A program made the translations under genes and the position numbers. A DNA stretch of 62,776 bases from Candidatus Omnitrophota bacterium (GTDB taxonomy: Bacteria > Omnitrophota > Gorgyraeia > Gygaellales > Profunditerraquicolaceae). Location: NCBI GenBank assembly GCA_030691865.1, contig JAUYDL010000016.1, positions 1-62,776 on the forward strand, given 5' to 3'. Of this stretch, positions 44,052 through 54,194 are shown piece by piece. Every line of letters starts with the position of its first letter. Within the stretch, counting starts at the first letter, position 1. The notes under the pieces were generated by a model. That model saw nothing but the letters and a program-made list of their open reading frames with translations. It made no database searches and had not been told where the DNA came from.

Positions 44052-45332
44052 ATGCGCAACAGCGAATACTTTAAAAATAAAAAAGTTACCATTGTCGGTT
44101 TGGCGCGTTCCGGAGTTGCCTGCGCTAATCTCTTGCATAGACTAGGCGCCATTGTCAGCGTTACCGATATTAAGGATGATCCGCAAAGCCATCAAGCTTG
44201 CACTAAACTCTGTTCGAGTGAAATTAAGGTGGAGTTAGGCAAGCACAGCCAAGATTTGATTAAGCAGGCGGATTTAGTAGTAATTTCTCCCGGTGTGCCG
44301 TTGAATTCTTTGTGCGTTAACTGGGCCAAGGAATTTAATAAATTACTGATTAGTGAAATTGAGGTAGCCAGTATTCTGTGTCCGGCGCAGATTATTGCGG
44401 TAACCGGATCAAACGGAAAAACCACGGTTACCACCTTAATCGGTAAAGTCCTGGCCGCGGCGGGAAAGAAAGTTTTTGTCTGCGGTAATATCGGGAATCC
44501 ATTTTGCGGTGAAGTGGAGAAGATGCGGGAGGGTGATTTTGTGGTTTTAGAAGTAAGCTCATTTCAGCTTGAGACGATCAAAGATTTCAAACCTAAGATT
44601 GCGGTTATTTTGAACCTGACCCCGAATCATCTGGATCGCTATAATAATATACAGGAATATTTAGATGCGAAAAAGCGTATTTTTATGAATCAGGATCGAG
44701 CGGACTTCCTGGTTTTAAATGCCGTTGACCCTCTTCTAAGTGCCGCTGCTTCTGGCGCTAAGTCAAAAGTTATTTTATTTACTAGGGAAGGGGAGTTAAA
44801 CCCTAATCAAAGCGCGGTGATTGCGGTGGGCAGAATATTAGGGGTGGAATTGAGGCAGATGCAGAAAGTTTTCCAGGAGTTTAAAGGGATTCAACACCGC
44901 CTGGAGGAGGTAGCAGAGATAAACGGGGTAAAATTTATTAATGACTCCAAAGCAACGACTGCGGATTCGGCTATTTGGGCGATAAGCAATATTACTTCAC
45001 CGATAATTCTTATTGCGGGAGGCAGGCATAAAGGAATTGATTACCGGGTAATTCTTGATGCGGCTAGAGACAAAGTTAAACAGGCGTTTTTGATCGGAGA
45101 GGCCAAAGATATAATTGCCTCCGATCTTAATGGAGGAGGTTTTTCAATAGATAAGGTGGATACTCTAAAGGAAGCGGTAACTAAAGCCTATTTATCGGCC
45201 AGGCCGGGGTATTGTGTGTTGTTATCTCCGATGTGTTCAAGCTATGATATGTTTACGGATTATGAAGAACGGGGCAGGGCCTTTAAAAAGATTGTTTTGG
45301 ATTTAGTCGGAGAGGTTAAACCTCATGGTTAG
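44052..45332 (+). CDS. murD: UDP-N-acetylmuramoylalanine--D-glutamate ligase
   Basis: N-terminal Rossmann VGLARSG, VTGSNGKTTV P-loop. Confidence 0.92.
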   Translation: MRNSEYFKNKKVTIVGLARSGVACANLLHRLGAIVSVTDIKDDPQSHQACTKLCSSEIKVELGKHSQDLIKQADLVVISPGVPLNSLCVNWAKEFNKLLISEIEVASILCPAQIIAVTGSNGKTTVTTLIGKVLAAAGKKVFVCGNIGNPFCGEVEKMREGDFVVLEVSSFQLETIKDFKPKIAVILNLTPNHLDRYNNIQEYLDAKKRIFMNQDRADFLVLNAVDPLLSAAASGAKSKVILFTREGELNPNQSAVIAVGRILGVELRQMQKVFQEFKGIQHRLEEVAEINGVKFINDSKATTADSAIWAISNITSPIILIAGGRHKGIDYRVILDAARDKVKQAFLIGEAKDIIASDLNGGGFSIDKVDTLKEAVTKAYLSARPGYCVLLSPMCSSYDMFTDYEERGRAFKKIVLDLVGEVKPHG

Positions 45333-46419
45333 AAAAACGCGTATTAATCTGCTTACGATATCAGTTGTGCTGGTTTGTATCGGTATCGTAATGATCTATA
45401 GCTCTTCCAGCATTTATGCCTGGGAGAGCTACCATGATAGTTTTTATTTCTTAAAGAGGCATTTATTTTTTTTAGCTGTAGGGGTATTACTTGCTTTTTT
45501 GGCGATGGTTATCGATTACCGTCTGTTTAGAAAATATGCTCACTGGCTGATTTGGATTGCTCTAATTTTGCTGGTTTTAGTGCTTATCCCCGGAGTAGGC
45601 AGAGAGGTTTCCGGAGCCCGGCGCTGGTTTAGATTTAAATTTATCAGTTTTCAGCCGTCAGAGTTTGCTAATTTGGCACTGATTATTTACATTGCTGATT
45701 TTATTTCTCGTAAAGAAGATAAGGTCAAAATGCTGGTGGCTGGCTTTATACCTGCGATGTGTATGTTGGGGGCAGTGGCTTTACTCGTACTTTTGCAGCC
45801 GGATTTAGGCACGATTATTGCTTTAAGCAGCGTAGTTTTAATAATGCTTTTTGTAGCCGGGGCCAGAGGCAGATATATTTTAAGTTTGATACTTTGTAGT
45901 TTACCAGCGCTTTATTTTTTAGTTTTTAGCGTGCCTTATCGCCGGGCTAGAATTTTAGCTTTTTTAAATCCGTGGTTTGATCCTCAGGGGACGGGTTTTC
46001 AGATTATTCAATCGCAGATTGCTATCGGTTCAGGAGGGTTATTTGGAAGGGGGCTGGGGCATTCCCAGCAAAAACTTTTTTATCTTCCGGCAGCGCATAC
46101 AGATTTTATTTTTTCCATTATAGGGGAAGAGCTGGGTTTGCTTGGCACCTTGGGTGTAATTGTGTTGTTTATGATTTTTATTCAGCAGGGCCTTAAAATC
46201 ATTAAGAATGCCCAAGACAGGTTCGGATATTTTCTTGCTCTGGGGTTAATTTTAATGATCTCTCTTAAGGCGATTATCAATATCGGGGTTTCTTGCGGAG
46301 TTTTTCCTACCAAGGGCTTACCGCTGCCGTTTATCAGCTATGGCGGTTCTTCGTTAATCTTTGATATGGTCAGCCTGGGTATTTTGATTAATATTGCCCG
46401 TTGCGGGGAGTATCCTTAA
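45325..46419 (+). CDS. ftsW: SEDS-family peptidoglycan glycosyltransferase FtsW
   Basis: Polytopic FtsW/RodA/SpoVE protein, P.EF.K motif region, GLPLPFISYGGSS. Confidence 0.9.
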   Translation: MVRKTRINLLTISVVLVCIGIVMIYSSSSIYAWESYHDSFYFLKRHLFFLAVGVLLAFLAMVIDYRLFRKYAHWLIWIALILLVLVLIPGVGREVSGARRWFRFKFISFQPSEFANLALIIYIADFISRKEDKVKMLVAGFIPAMCMLGAVALLVLLQPDLGTIIALSSVVLIMLFVAGARGRYILSLILCSLPALYFLVFSVPYRRARILAFLNPWFDPQGTGFQIIQSQIAIGSGGLFGRGLGHSQQKLFYLPAAHTDFIFSIIGEELGLLGTLGVIVLFMIFIQQGLKIIKNAQDRFGYFLALGLILMISLKAIINIGVSCGVFPTKGLPLPFISYGGSSLIFDMVSLGILINIARCGEYP

Positions 46420-46420
46420 G

Positions 46421-47518
46421 ATGCGCGTTTTGATCGTTACCGGCTCCAGCGGCGGCCATATTTTTCCGGCTATTGCTCTTTCGGACTCATTAAAGAATTC
46501 TGGGCAAGAGGTGCTTTTGGTTTTACCGCAAAAAAGCCGCAAGGATAAAATACCTATTGCGCCGGGACAAATAAAGTATATACCTGCGGCTGTTTTAAAT
46601 TTTAATTTAAGCAGCAAAAATATACTTGGCCTTTGGTTTTTTTTATGGGGCGCTTGGGAGTCTCTCCGTATCATTATAAAATTTAAACCGGATGTGGTTG
46701 TAGGATTTGGCAGCTTAAATACGCTTGCTTTAATATTTTGGGCTTGGTTATTCAGGATAAAAACCATCATTCATGAACAGAATGTTATTTGCGGCAGGGC
46801 AAATAGATTATTGGCCAAGCTGGTAGATAGGGTAGCGGTATCTTTTAGCCAAACCCGCGACGGCTTAAATATCGCTGGCGAAAAAATTGTTTTAACCGGT
46901 AATCCTCTGCGTAGGGATTTGGTGCGCCTCGATAAAAAAGAGGCACTGGATTTTTTTAAGTTTAAAGAAGGAAAATTTACCATTTTAATTACGGGTGGTA
47001 GCCAGGGGTCGCATAGATTAAATGCTGTTTGCCTTGAGGTGTTATCTGCTCATCAAAAGAAGGATGATTTGCAGGTGATTCATATCTCTGGAACGCAGGA
47101 TTTTAGCTGGCTGGCAGCCGGGTATGCTTCTTCGACGTTGACTTATAAGCTTTTTGATTTCCTTTCCCAGATGCAATATGCTTATAGCCTAGCCGACCTG
47201 ATAATCTGTCGGGCCGGAGCTACCACTATTGCGGAGTTACAAAAATTTAGAATTCCGGCGATACTGATTCCTTATCCTTTTGTTTATGCGCATCAGTTGG
47301 CTAATGCTCAGGTACTGGAGAATCTTAAAGCTGCCCTGATTATTCATGATCAGGAATTGACGCCAGATAAATTAAGAGGTAAATTTACGGAACTTTTAGC
47401 AGATCCTCAGAAGCTAGAATCTATGCGTCAGGCGTATACGCAGCTTCAAGTTTTCGACGCGACACAGTTACTGGCTAAAGAGGTTTTAACTTCTGGTTGT
47501 AAGGGGTGTTATGTCTAA
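46421..47518 (+). CDS. murG: undecaprenyldiphospho-muramoylpentapeptide beta-N-acetylglucosaminyltransferase
   Basis: MRVLIVTGSSGGHIFPA, GGSQGS, and RAGATTIAEL motifs. ATG 46421 follows the ftsW stop. Confidence 0.92.
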   Translation: MRVLIVTGSSGGHIFPAIALSDSLKNSGQEVLLVLPQKSRKDKIPIAPGQIKYIPAAVLNFNLSSKNILGLWFFLWGAWESLRIIIKFKPDVVVGFGSLNTLALIFWAWLFRIKTIIHEQNVICGRANRLLAKLVDRVAVSFSQTRDGLNIAGEKIVLTGNPLRRDLVRLDKKEALDFFKFKEGKFTILITGGSQGSHRLNAVCLEVLSAHQKKDDLQVIHISGTQDFSWLAAGYASSTLTYKLFDFLSQMQYAYSLADLIICRAGATTIAELQKFRIPAILIPYPFVYAHQLANAQVLENLKAALIIHDQELTPDKLRGKFTELLADPQKLESMRQAYTQLQVFDATQLLAKEVLTSGCKGCYV

Positions 47519-48290
47519 ATTAATGCGCCGAGCTGGATGGTTGCCCATAATTTTATTTCTGCCGTTAGTCATTTTTGCGCAGGATCAAGCCTGGCAGGTA
47601 GTAAAAAGCACGCATTTTAATATTTTTTATAAAAATGCTCCGGAAGATGTGCTTAATGAATTAACTCAGAAGGCCGAGGAGTGCTATGATTCCATTGCCG
47701 ATGAGTTAGGTTTTAACCGTTTTAATTTCTGGACTTGGGATAACCGGGCAAAAATTTATCTGTTTGATAATCAAGATGAATATATAAAAGCCACACAAAG
47801 CTTTGATTGGTCAGGGGGTCAGGTAAGAATCAGCGCTAAGCTAATCCAGAGTTATGTCGGAGCTCCGGGATTTTTGCATAATATTTTTCCGCATGAATTA
47901 GCGCATATCATTTTTATTGAGATGGTGGGTTTTAATAATCCGGCTGTGCCTCTCTGGCTCCAGGAAGGTGTGGCTACTTACCAGGAAAAAGATATCCATT
48001 CGATTAAAGCGGTCCTGGCGGATAAGATAAGGCAAGGTGGTTATCTTAACCTTGATGCTTTAAGCAGGTTTGCAGTAAAGGGTTCAAGTGATGAGCAAGT
48101 AAAGTTGTTTTACGCAGAATCTTATAGTTTGGTAAAATATTTAATCGCAGAATTCGGCAAGGAAAAATTTGTGCTTTTTTGTCAGAATCTGCGGGATAAC
48201 CGGAATTTGGCTGACGCTTTAAGGAGAACGTATTCTTTTAGCAGTTTAGATGATTTTGAGGATTCCTGGAAAAAATATATATTAGCATGA
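47511..48290 (+). CDS. secreted HExxH zinc metallopeptidase-like protein (peptidase MA-like)
   Basis: Signal peptide MSKLMRRAGWLPIILFLPLVIFA|QD. HELAH motif (FPHELAHIIF) with a downstream LQEGVATY glutamate. Overlaps the murG stop by 8 nt and the murC start by 4 nt. Confidence 0.6.
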   Translation: MSKLMRRAGWLPIILFLPLVIFAQDQAWQVVKSTHFNIFYKNAPEDVLNELTQKAEECYDSIADELGFNRFNFWTWDNRAKIYLFDNQDEYIKATQSFDWSGGQVRISAKLIQSYVGAPGFLHNIFPHELAHIIFIEMVGFNNPAVPLWLQEGVATYQEKDIHSIKAVLADKIRQGGYLNLDALSRFAVKGSSDEQVKLFYAESYSLVKYLIAEFGKEKFVLFCQNLRDNRNLADALRRTYSFSSLDDFEDSWKKYILA

Positions 48291-49645
48291 AGAAATATTA
48301 TCATTTTATCGGGATCGGCGGTATCGGAATGAGCGGTATCGCGCAGCTACTGCTTAAAAGCGGATTCAAAGTAAGTGGTTCGGATTTAAAAGAAAATCGT
48401 ATTACACAGCAGCTGGAGGATATGGGGGCAAAGATTTTTTTGGGACATAACGCACAAAATATAACTTCACAGGATGTGGTGGTTTATTCCTCGGCAATCG
48501 GGCAGGATAATTGTGAGTTACGCCAGGCTAGAAGTTTAGGCATACCCCTGATTAAAAGAGCAGCGGCTTTAGCCGAACTGATGCAGGATAAAACTGTAAT
48601 CACCATTGCCGGTAGCCATGGTAAGACTACTACTACCTCTTTAATTTCCTACATGTTGATGGAAGCAGGGCTAAGTCCTACGGTAGCTATTGGGGGCATC
48701 CTGAATAATATCCAGGCCAATGCCTATTTAGGAAGTGGCCAGTTTTTTGTCGCGGAAGCCGATGAATCTGACGGGTCATTCTTAAGTTATGAGCCGAAGT
48801 ATTCCATCATTACTAACATTGACCAGGAGCATCTGGATTATTATCATAATTTTAGCAATGAATTAGATGCTTTTGGTCTTTTTATTAAGCGTACTCAGGC
48901 AGGAGGTTGTGTTTTTGCCTGCTCCGACGACCCTAATCTCTTAAATATAATGCGTCTCTATGAGGGCAAGCGCGTATTTTTTGGTTTAGACGCTTTAGCG
49001 GATATTTATGCCAAGAACATCGTATTTAACGGGCTGCTTTCAGATTTTGATTGTTGGTTTAAAGATAAATTTATTTCGCGTTTTCATTTGACTCTGGGGG
49101 GAAGGCATAATATTTTAAATGCCTTGGCGGTAATCGGCCTGGGTTTAGAGTTAGGTATTGATTTAAAGCGTATGCGTAGTAGTTTAGAGGGGTATAAAGG
49201 CGCCGGCCGCAGATTAGAGATTAAATTCCGGAGTGATAAATATCTAGTCATTGATGACTATGCTCATCATCCTTCGGAAATAAAAGCTACTCTGGCAGCA
49301 GTAGTTAATTTGAAAGTTAAACGAAAAATCGTGGTGTTTCAGCCGCATCGTTATACCCGCACGCAGTTACTTTTAAATGATTTTGCTAAATCCTTTGCGC
49401 AGGCGGATTATCTGATTATTACCGATATCTATGCGGCAAGCGAGCAGCCGATTGAGGGGGTAAACGCCCGGGGGTTGTTAAATAAAATAAAAGAATTTGA
49501 CCCAAATAAAGAAGTTTTATATCTAGCTAAGGAGAATATCCTGCCTCATATTTTGGGTATGATCAAAGACGGTGATTTGGTGATGACCTTAGGAGCAGGG
49601 GATATTGTGAGGGTTAGCGATGCCTTGGTCGGAGAGCTTAAGTAA
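48287..49645 (+). CDS. murC: UDP-N-acetylmuramate--L-alanine ligase
   Basis: HFIGIGGIGMSGIA, AGSHGKTTTTS P-loop. Confidence 0.93.
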   Translation: MKKYYHFIGIGGIGMSGIAQLLLKSGFKVSGSDLKENRITQQLEDMGAKIFLGHNAQNITSQDVVVYSSAIGQDNCELRQARSLGIPLIKRAAALAELMQDKTVITIAGSHGKTTTTSLISYMLMEAGLSPTVAIGGILNNIQANAYLGSGQFFVAEADESDGSFLSYEPKYSIITNIDQEHLDYYHNFSNELDAFGLFIKRTQAGGCVFACSDDPNLLNIMRLYEGKRVFFGLDALADIYAKNIVFNGLLSDFDCWFKDKFISRFHLTLGGRHNILNALAVIGLGLELGIDLKRMRSSLEGYKGAGRRLEIKFRSDKYLVIDDYAHHPSEIKATLAAVVNLKVKRKIVVFQPHRYTRTQLLLNDFAKSFAQADYLIITDIYAASEQPIEGVNARGLLNKIKEFDPNKEVLYLAKENILPHILGMIKDGDLVMTLGAGDIVRVSDALVGELK

Positions 49646-50501
49646 AAAAATAAAAACTAAAGTTAATTTGGCCGGCTATACGAGTTTTAAAATCGGAGGC
49701 CGGGCGGAATATTTTTTCGAGCCGAAAAATCTTAAAGAATTGCAGCAAGTTTTGGTTTCTGCTAAGCAGGCTGGCCTGCGTGTCTTTATCTTGGGAGCCG
49801 GCAGCAATATTTTAGTTAGCCAGGCAGGTTTAAGTGGCCTAGTGATCAGGTTAAGTAGTAAGGATTTCAGGAAATGCTCCTGTTTAGGTAGTTGCATCGT
49901 GGCCGGGAGTGGTTTAAAATTAAATGCATTGATTTCATTTTCAAAGAAGAAGAATTTAAGCGGTTTGGAATTTCTGGTTGGTATACCCGGGACATTAGGC
50001 GGTTGCCTGATGGGCAATGCCGGCGCCTGGGGTAAGTCAATAGGAGAATTGGTAAAGCAAGTAGGTGTTTTAGATTATAATGGAAAACTAAAACTCCTGA
50101 CAAGCAAACAACTGAAGTTTGCTTATCGAAAATCTAATTTAAATAAATATATTATTATCTGGGCTAAACTTAAAACTCATGCTGCGCAAAAGAAGGTAAT
50201 TGTGGTAAAGATAAGCCAATACCTCCTGAGGCGTAAGCAATCCCAAGGCAATAACTTGCCTAACGCCGGATGTATTTTTAAGAATCCCGGTCAGGGCTCT
50301 GCCGGCAGATTAATCGATATCTGTGGGTTAAAGGGGAAGGCTGAGGGAGGAGCGGTTATCTCTAAACTGCATGCAAATTTTATCTTAAATACCGGAAATG
50401 CAAAAAGCAAAGATGTTTTATCGCTCATGGATCTGATGCGAAAGAGGGTAAAGGAAAGATTCAAAATTAACTTAGAGCCTGAGATAAAAATATGGGAATA
50501 A
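49620..50501 (+). CDS. murB: UDP-N-acetylenolpyruvoylglucosamine reductase
   Basis: FAD-binding PCMH domain (YTSFKIGG, ILGAGSNIL); C-terminal MurB domain. Confidence 0.9.
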   Translation: MPWSESLSKKIKTKVNLAGYTSFKIGGRAEYFFEPKNLKELQQVLVSAKQAGLRVFILGAGSNILVSQAGLSGLVIRLSSKDFRKCSCLGSCIVAGSGLKLNALISFSKKKNLSGLEFLVGIPGTLGGCLMGNAGAWGKSIGELVKQVGVLDYNGKLKLLTSKQLKFAYRKSNLNKYIIIWAKLKTHAAQKKVIVVKISQYLLRRKQSQGNNLPNAGCIFKNPGQGSAGRLIDICGLKGKAEGGAVISKLHANFILNTGNAKSKDVLSLMDLMRKRVKERFKINLEPEIKIWE

Positions 50502-51454
50502 AGGATTTTGGCAGAGTCGGCGTTTTAATGGGCGGGCCTTCTTCGGAAAGGGAGATTTCTCTGAAAAGCGGCAAGGCTGTTTTTTCTGCGCTTAAGGAGG
50601 CGGGGGTGGAGGCAGTGCCAATTGACATAACTACCGATAATCTCCAAGAAAATATTGCGCTGCTTAAAAGTTACAATTTGGATTGTGCATTTATTGCTTT
50701 GCATGGCCGTTTTGGTGAGGATGGCGTAATCCAGGGCATTTTAGAAAAATTAAATCTCCCCTTTACTGCCTCCGGGGTTGAAGCCAGTCAACTGGCTATG
50801 AATAAGATCGGTTCACTGGAAATATTTTCGCAAGGTGGATTATACGTACCGAAATCCCAATTTATCGAGAAATCAGCTTACGAGAAGAGTTCTGCTTTTA
50901 CCAAAAGCGCAGCTTTTACGAATCAGCTTGGATTTCCTCTGGTGGTCAAACCGGCCAATCATGGATCAAGTATCGGGTTATCACTTGTAGAGCGCATACA
51001 AGAATTACCGGCGGCAATCCAGCTGGCTTTTAAATTTGACGAGCGTATAATTATACAGGAGTATATATCTGGACGGGAGCTTACCGTAGGCATTTTGGAT
51101 GAGGTGGCTTTACCGGTAATTGAAATTATCCCAAATAATAAATTTTTTGATTTTGCAGCTAAATACCAAGCAGGTTTAACGCAGTATATTGTCCCTGCGG
51201 CTCTAGATCAGGGAGTGACTTTAGAAGTTCAGAAGGTAGCTTTACAGGGGCATAAGCTTTTGGGTTGTTATGGCTGTTCGCGGGTAGATATTATTCTAAC
51301 TAAAGATGGCTGCCCGTATATTTTAGAGGTTAATAATATACCCGGGATGACCGCAACCAGCCTTTTGCCTAAAGCTGCCAAAATTGTGGGTATTGATTTT
51401 AGCCAGCTTTGTCTTAAGTTATTGGAATTAGCATATGAGAAAACAAAAGTTTAA
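50492..51454 (+). CDS. ddl: D-alanine--D-alanine ligase
   Basis: VLMGGPSSEREISL, HGRFGEDG, ATP-grasp domain, C-terminal EVNNIPGMT. Confidence 0.92.
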   Translation: MGIKDFGRVGVLMGGPSSEREISLKSGKAVFSALKEAGVEAVPIDITTDNLQENIALLKSYNLDCAFIALHGRFGEDGVIQGILEKLNLPFTASGVEASQLAMNKIGSLEIFSQGGLYVPKSQFIEKSAYEKSSAFTKSAAFTNQLGFPLVVKPANHGSSIGLSLVERIQELPAAIQLAFKFDERIIIQEYISGRELTVGILDEVALPVIEIIPNNKFFDFAAKYQAGLTQYIVPAALDQGVTLEVQKVALQGHKLLGCYGCSRVDIILTKDGCPYILEVNNIPGMTATSLLPKAAKIVGIDFSQLCLKLLELAYEKTKV

Positions 51455-52223
51455 TTTACCTATAAAAATTATTAGTTTTTTGGTGATAATTTCACTTGCC
51501 ATCTCTTTTATTATAGGATATATTTGGAAAGTATTAACTACCGCGGATTTTTTTTCCGTTAAGCAGGTCATCGTCAGGAACTCCGATAATCAATTTGAAT
51601 ACTTAAAAGGTAGGAATATATTCAGTTTAAATTTAAGTAATGAGGCTTGGAGGGCTCATTTAAGATGCCCGGATTGCCGTAAGGTCAGGTTTGCCAGGAT
51701 CCTGCCTAATTGCATAGTGGTGGATTTTTTAAAACGCAAGCCGGTTGCCTTGGTTAAATTCTATAAGAATTTTGCCATCGATGAGCAGGGGGTGCTTTTT
51801 TTACCTAATGAGGCGACTGAGGAGTTAGAGTTACCTGTAATTTATGGCTTAGAAACTAAGATATTTGCTCCTAAACCGGGAATAAGCTATAAGCATTCAG
51901 AGCTTGACCTGGCTTTGAGTATTATCCATGAGTTTAAGGCGAATAAAGCCTTTGCAGGGTTCACGTTAAAAAGGATTGATCTGGCTAGCCCGGGGAGCGC
52001 TGGATTCTTCATGCTTTTACCCAGGCAAATTGCCAATTACACTTTGCCTGCTCCTGGCGCAAAGTGGCTGGGTTTTGAAGTACGCACCGGAGCAAATAAC
52101 ATCAGGCAAAAGATGATGATTTTAGGGGGCCTGGTGATTCAGGAACGCAAGGAATGGGCCAAGATTAAGTATATTGATCTTAGGTTTAAGGAACCATTAA
52201 TCAAGTTAAACAATAAGCTTTAA
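51435..52223 (+). CDS. ftsQ: cell division protein FtsQ (POTRA domain)
   Basis: Short cytoplasmic N-terminus, one TM segment, POTRA-like beta-rich domain. Position between ddl and ftsA. Confidence 0.7.
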   Translation: MRKQKFNLPIKIISFLVIISLAISFIIGYIWKVLTTADFFSVKQVIVRNSDNQFEYLKGRNIFSLNLSNEAWRAHLRCPDCRKVRFARILPNCIVVDFLKRKPVALVKFYKNFAIDEQGVLFLPNEATEELELPVIYGLETKIFAPKPGISYKHSELDLALSIIHEFKANKAFAGFTLKRIDLASPGSAGFFMLLPRQIANYTLPAPGAKWLGFEVRTGANNIRQKMMILGGLVIQERKEWAKIKYIDLRFKEPLIKLNNKL

Positions 52224-52265
52224 TTTTAAAGAATCCTTGCGAGCAACGCGAGCAAGGGTCAAACA

Positions 52266-53522
52266 ATGTTAAATAACAGTTATATCTGCGCTATAGACAT
52301 AGGTTCGAATAAAATATCTGCGGCACTGGCTTTAATAAGAAAAAATAAAATAAGCAATATTTTTTTTGATTGCTTTTCCTCCCGCGGGGTTAAAGAAGGG
52401 GTGATTGTGGATGCCACCGAGCTGGTCATCTGCCTGACTAAAATCCTCAAGAGCCTAAAAAACAAATCCGGATTAAAAATAAAATTTATCCATACTAATT
52501 TTTCAGGCAAGGATATCTCAACTAAACACAGCCATGCGATTATTCCTCTTGCCGAGCGTGGCAATAAGGTGATTACTTCCACGGATATCGCGACAGCCAA
52601 TGAGCAGGCGCGTATTCTTGGCTCCAGCCTAGAGGATGAAATAATCCATGTAATCCCCTCGAGTTATTCCATCGATTCTAAAAGTAACGTGATTAATCCT
52701 ATTGGTTTATACAGCCACAGATTAGAGGTAGACTTATATTTAGTCTGCGCCAGGCTGGCATCTTTGCAGAGTTTAAGCCGGGTGATTAGCCAAGCCGGAT
52801 ATGAGATTAGGAGCCTTTCTTTTTCGGGGTTGGCCACAAGCCGAGCGGTATTCGGCATAGAAGAAAAACGCGGCATAAGCGTATTTTGCGATTGTGGCAG
52901 TGATGTAACGGAACTGCTGATTTTTAAAGATGGCCTTTTGCAGAGTATTCAAATTTTGGCTTTAGGCGGCAATAGCATGACGCAGCAACTCTCAGAGGGT
53001 TTAAAAATTAATTTTGAATTGGCAGAGGACATTAAACGTTCTTACGGGATCATCGGCGATATTAACAATATCCAGGAAGATAAAGAAATTTTGGTTAAGA
53101 AAGATGAATTTTATAAACCTATAAAACAGCGCGATGTAGCGGCCATGGCTACTAATTCCAGCCGCTTAATTTGTACGCAGATTAAGGAAGTGGTGGAGCC
53201 AAAGGTGGCGCTCCATGAAATTGACCACTTTATTATGGTGGGTAAGACTTTATTGACCGACGGATTTATTGAGATGATGGAGAGTGTGATCGGCATGCCG
53301 GTGGCTATCGGACGGATTAATAATCCGCAAATAACCTCCTTAGTCAAAGAGAATAGTGATTTATCTGGACAGAAGTATTTGACTTATCTAACCTGCCTGG
53401 GGATGATTTGCGAGGACCTCGAGAATAAAGCTGTGGGAAATTTAGCTTTAGTTAAGCCTGCCAAAAACCTCTTAATTAAAACTATAAATCGTTTTAAAGA
53501 AGTTTATCAGGAATATTTCTAA
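52266..53522 (+). CDS. ftsA: cell division protein FtsA
   Basis: Actin-like ATPase: AIDIGSNKI, GG..MT..L motifs; 418 aa; amphipathic C-terminus. Confidence 0.88.
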   Translation: MLNNSYICAIDIGSNKISAALALIRKNKISNIFFDCFSSRGVKEGVIVDATELVICLTKILKSLKNKSGLKIKFIHTNFSGKDISTKHSHAIIPLAERGNKVITSTDIATANEQARILGSSLEDEIIHVIPSSYSIDSKSNVINPIGLYSHRLEVDLYLVCARLASLQSLSRVISQAGYEIRSLSFSGLATSRAVFGIEEKRGISVFCDCGSDVTELLIFKDGLLQSIQILALGGNSMTQQLSEGLKINFELAEDIKRSYGIIGDINNIQEDKEILVKKDEFYKPIKQRDVAAMATNSSRLICTQIKEVVEPKVALHEIDHFIMVGKTLLTDGFIEMMESVIGMPVAIGRINNPQITSLVKENSDLSGQKYLTYLTCLGMICEDLENKAVGNLALVKPAKNLLIKTINRFKEVYQEYF

Positions 53523-53531
53523 AAAATAATG

Positions 53532-53586
53532 GGGACGGTTCTATTTTTCCGTCGTTTTATTTAGTTGAAAAATAGAACCGTCCCCA
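53532..53586. repeat. family A inverted repeat, copy 4
   Basis: GGGGACGGTTCT 53532-53543 / AGAACCGTCCCC 53575-53586. The palindrome extends into the flanks (AATAAT / ATTATT). Confidence 0.85.
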
Positions 53587-53659
53587 TTATTCCAATTTTG
53601 GGATTTGTGATAAAATATGTTGTAGAGTTTTGGAGTAGATAAAGACCACGGAGGTTAAT

Positions 53660-54055
53660 ATGGAGCAAAAATTCAGGGGCATAAAAATCATAGGTATTGC
53701 AGATTCAATATTTGGTTGTAGTCTTTCCGTTTTTTTATTGAGTTGTGTTATTTTTGACCTTTTTGGTTCTAAAAAAGGTCCCATGGTTTCTTATATTGCA
53801 GAATTGGCGATTTTGGTTGTAGCTTTGTTAATAGGGATTTTACTAATAAAATTAGGTCGTTTGACCTTAAAATTAAATTCTGAAGCGAGAAAAGGCAATA
53901 TAATACTTTCAGTTTTTGTTATCGTGAGTTTCTTGGGAAGCTTTTTGCAGTATCAAAGCCAAGCAAGTGAATTATTAAAATTGTTCTTTATTATATATTC
54001 TATATGGGTAATATTTTATCTTAACTGTCCCAAAGTAAAAGAACAGTTTAAGTAA
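53660..54055 (+). CDS. hypothetical small membrane protein (about 4 TM segments)
   Basis: 131-aa hydrophobic ORF, very AT-rich, with GGAGG RBS. Occupies the position where ftsZ normally follows ftsA. Confidence 0.5.
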   Translation: MEQKFRGIKIIGIADSIFGCSLSVFLLSCVIFDLFGSKKGPMVSYIAELAILVVALLIGILLIKLGRLTLKLNSEARKGNIILSVFVIVSFLGSFLQYQSQASELLKLFFIIYSIWVIFYLNCPKVKEQFK

Positions 54056-54074
54056 TGCCATAATATTCCACAGG

Positions 54075-54102
54075 GGCTGGATTTAACCGTTCAGCCTTTT
54101 TT
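54075..54102 (+). terminator. weak rho-independent terminator
   Basis: GGCTG 54075-54079 / CAGCC 54092-54096 followed by TTTTTT 54097-54102. Short stem and large loop. Confidence 0.35.
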
Positions 54103-54151
54103 ATTAGCTGGTCTGGACCCGTGTTTTTCCCAACCCGCGTTTTTCTTTTAA

Positions 54152-54179
54152 TTGACCCTCTTAGGTTATTGTGTATAAT
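54152..54179 (+). promoter_or_regulatory. sigma70-type promoter for yggS-proC
   Basis: TTGACC 54152-54157, 16-nt spacer, TATAAT 54174-54179. Confidence 0.5.
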
Positions 54180-54194
54180 ATATTAATCTAAGCT

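Noticed and set aside
46354-46770. 138-aa minus-strand ORF overlapping the ftsW end and murG start
   Set aside because: It is antisense to two well-supported dcw genes, has low-complexity composition, and has no RBS or motif.
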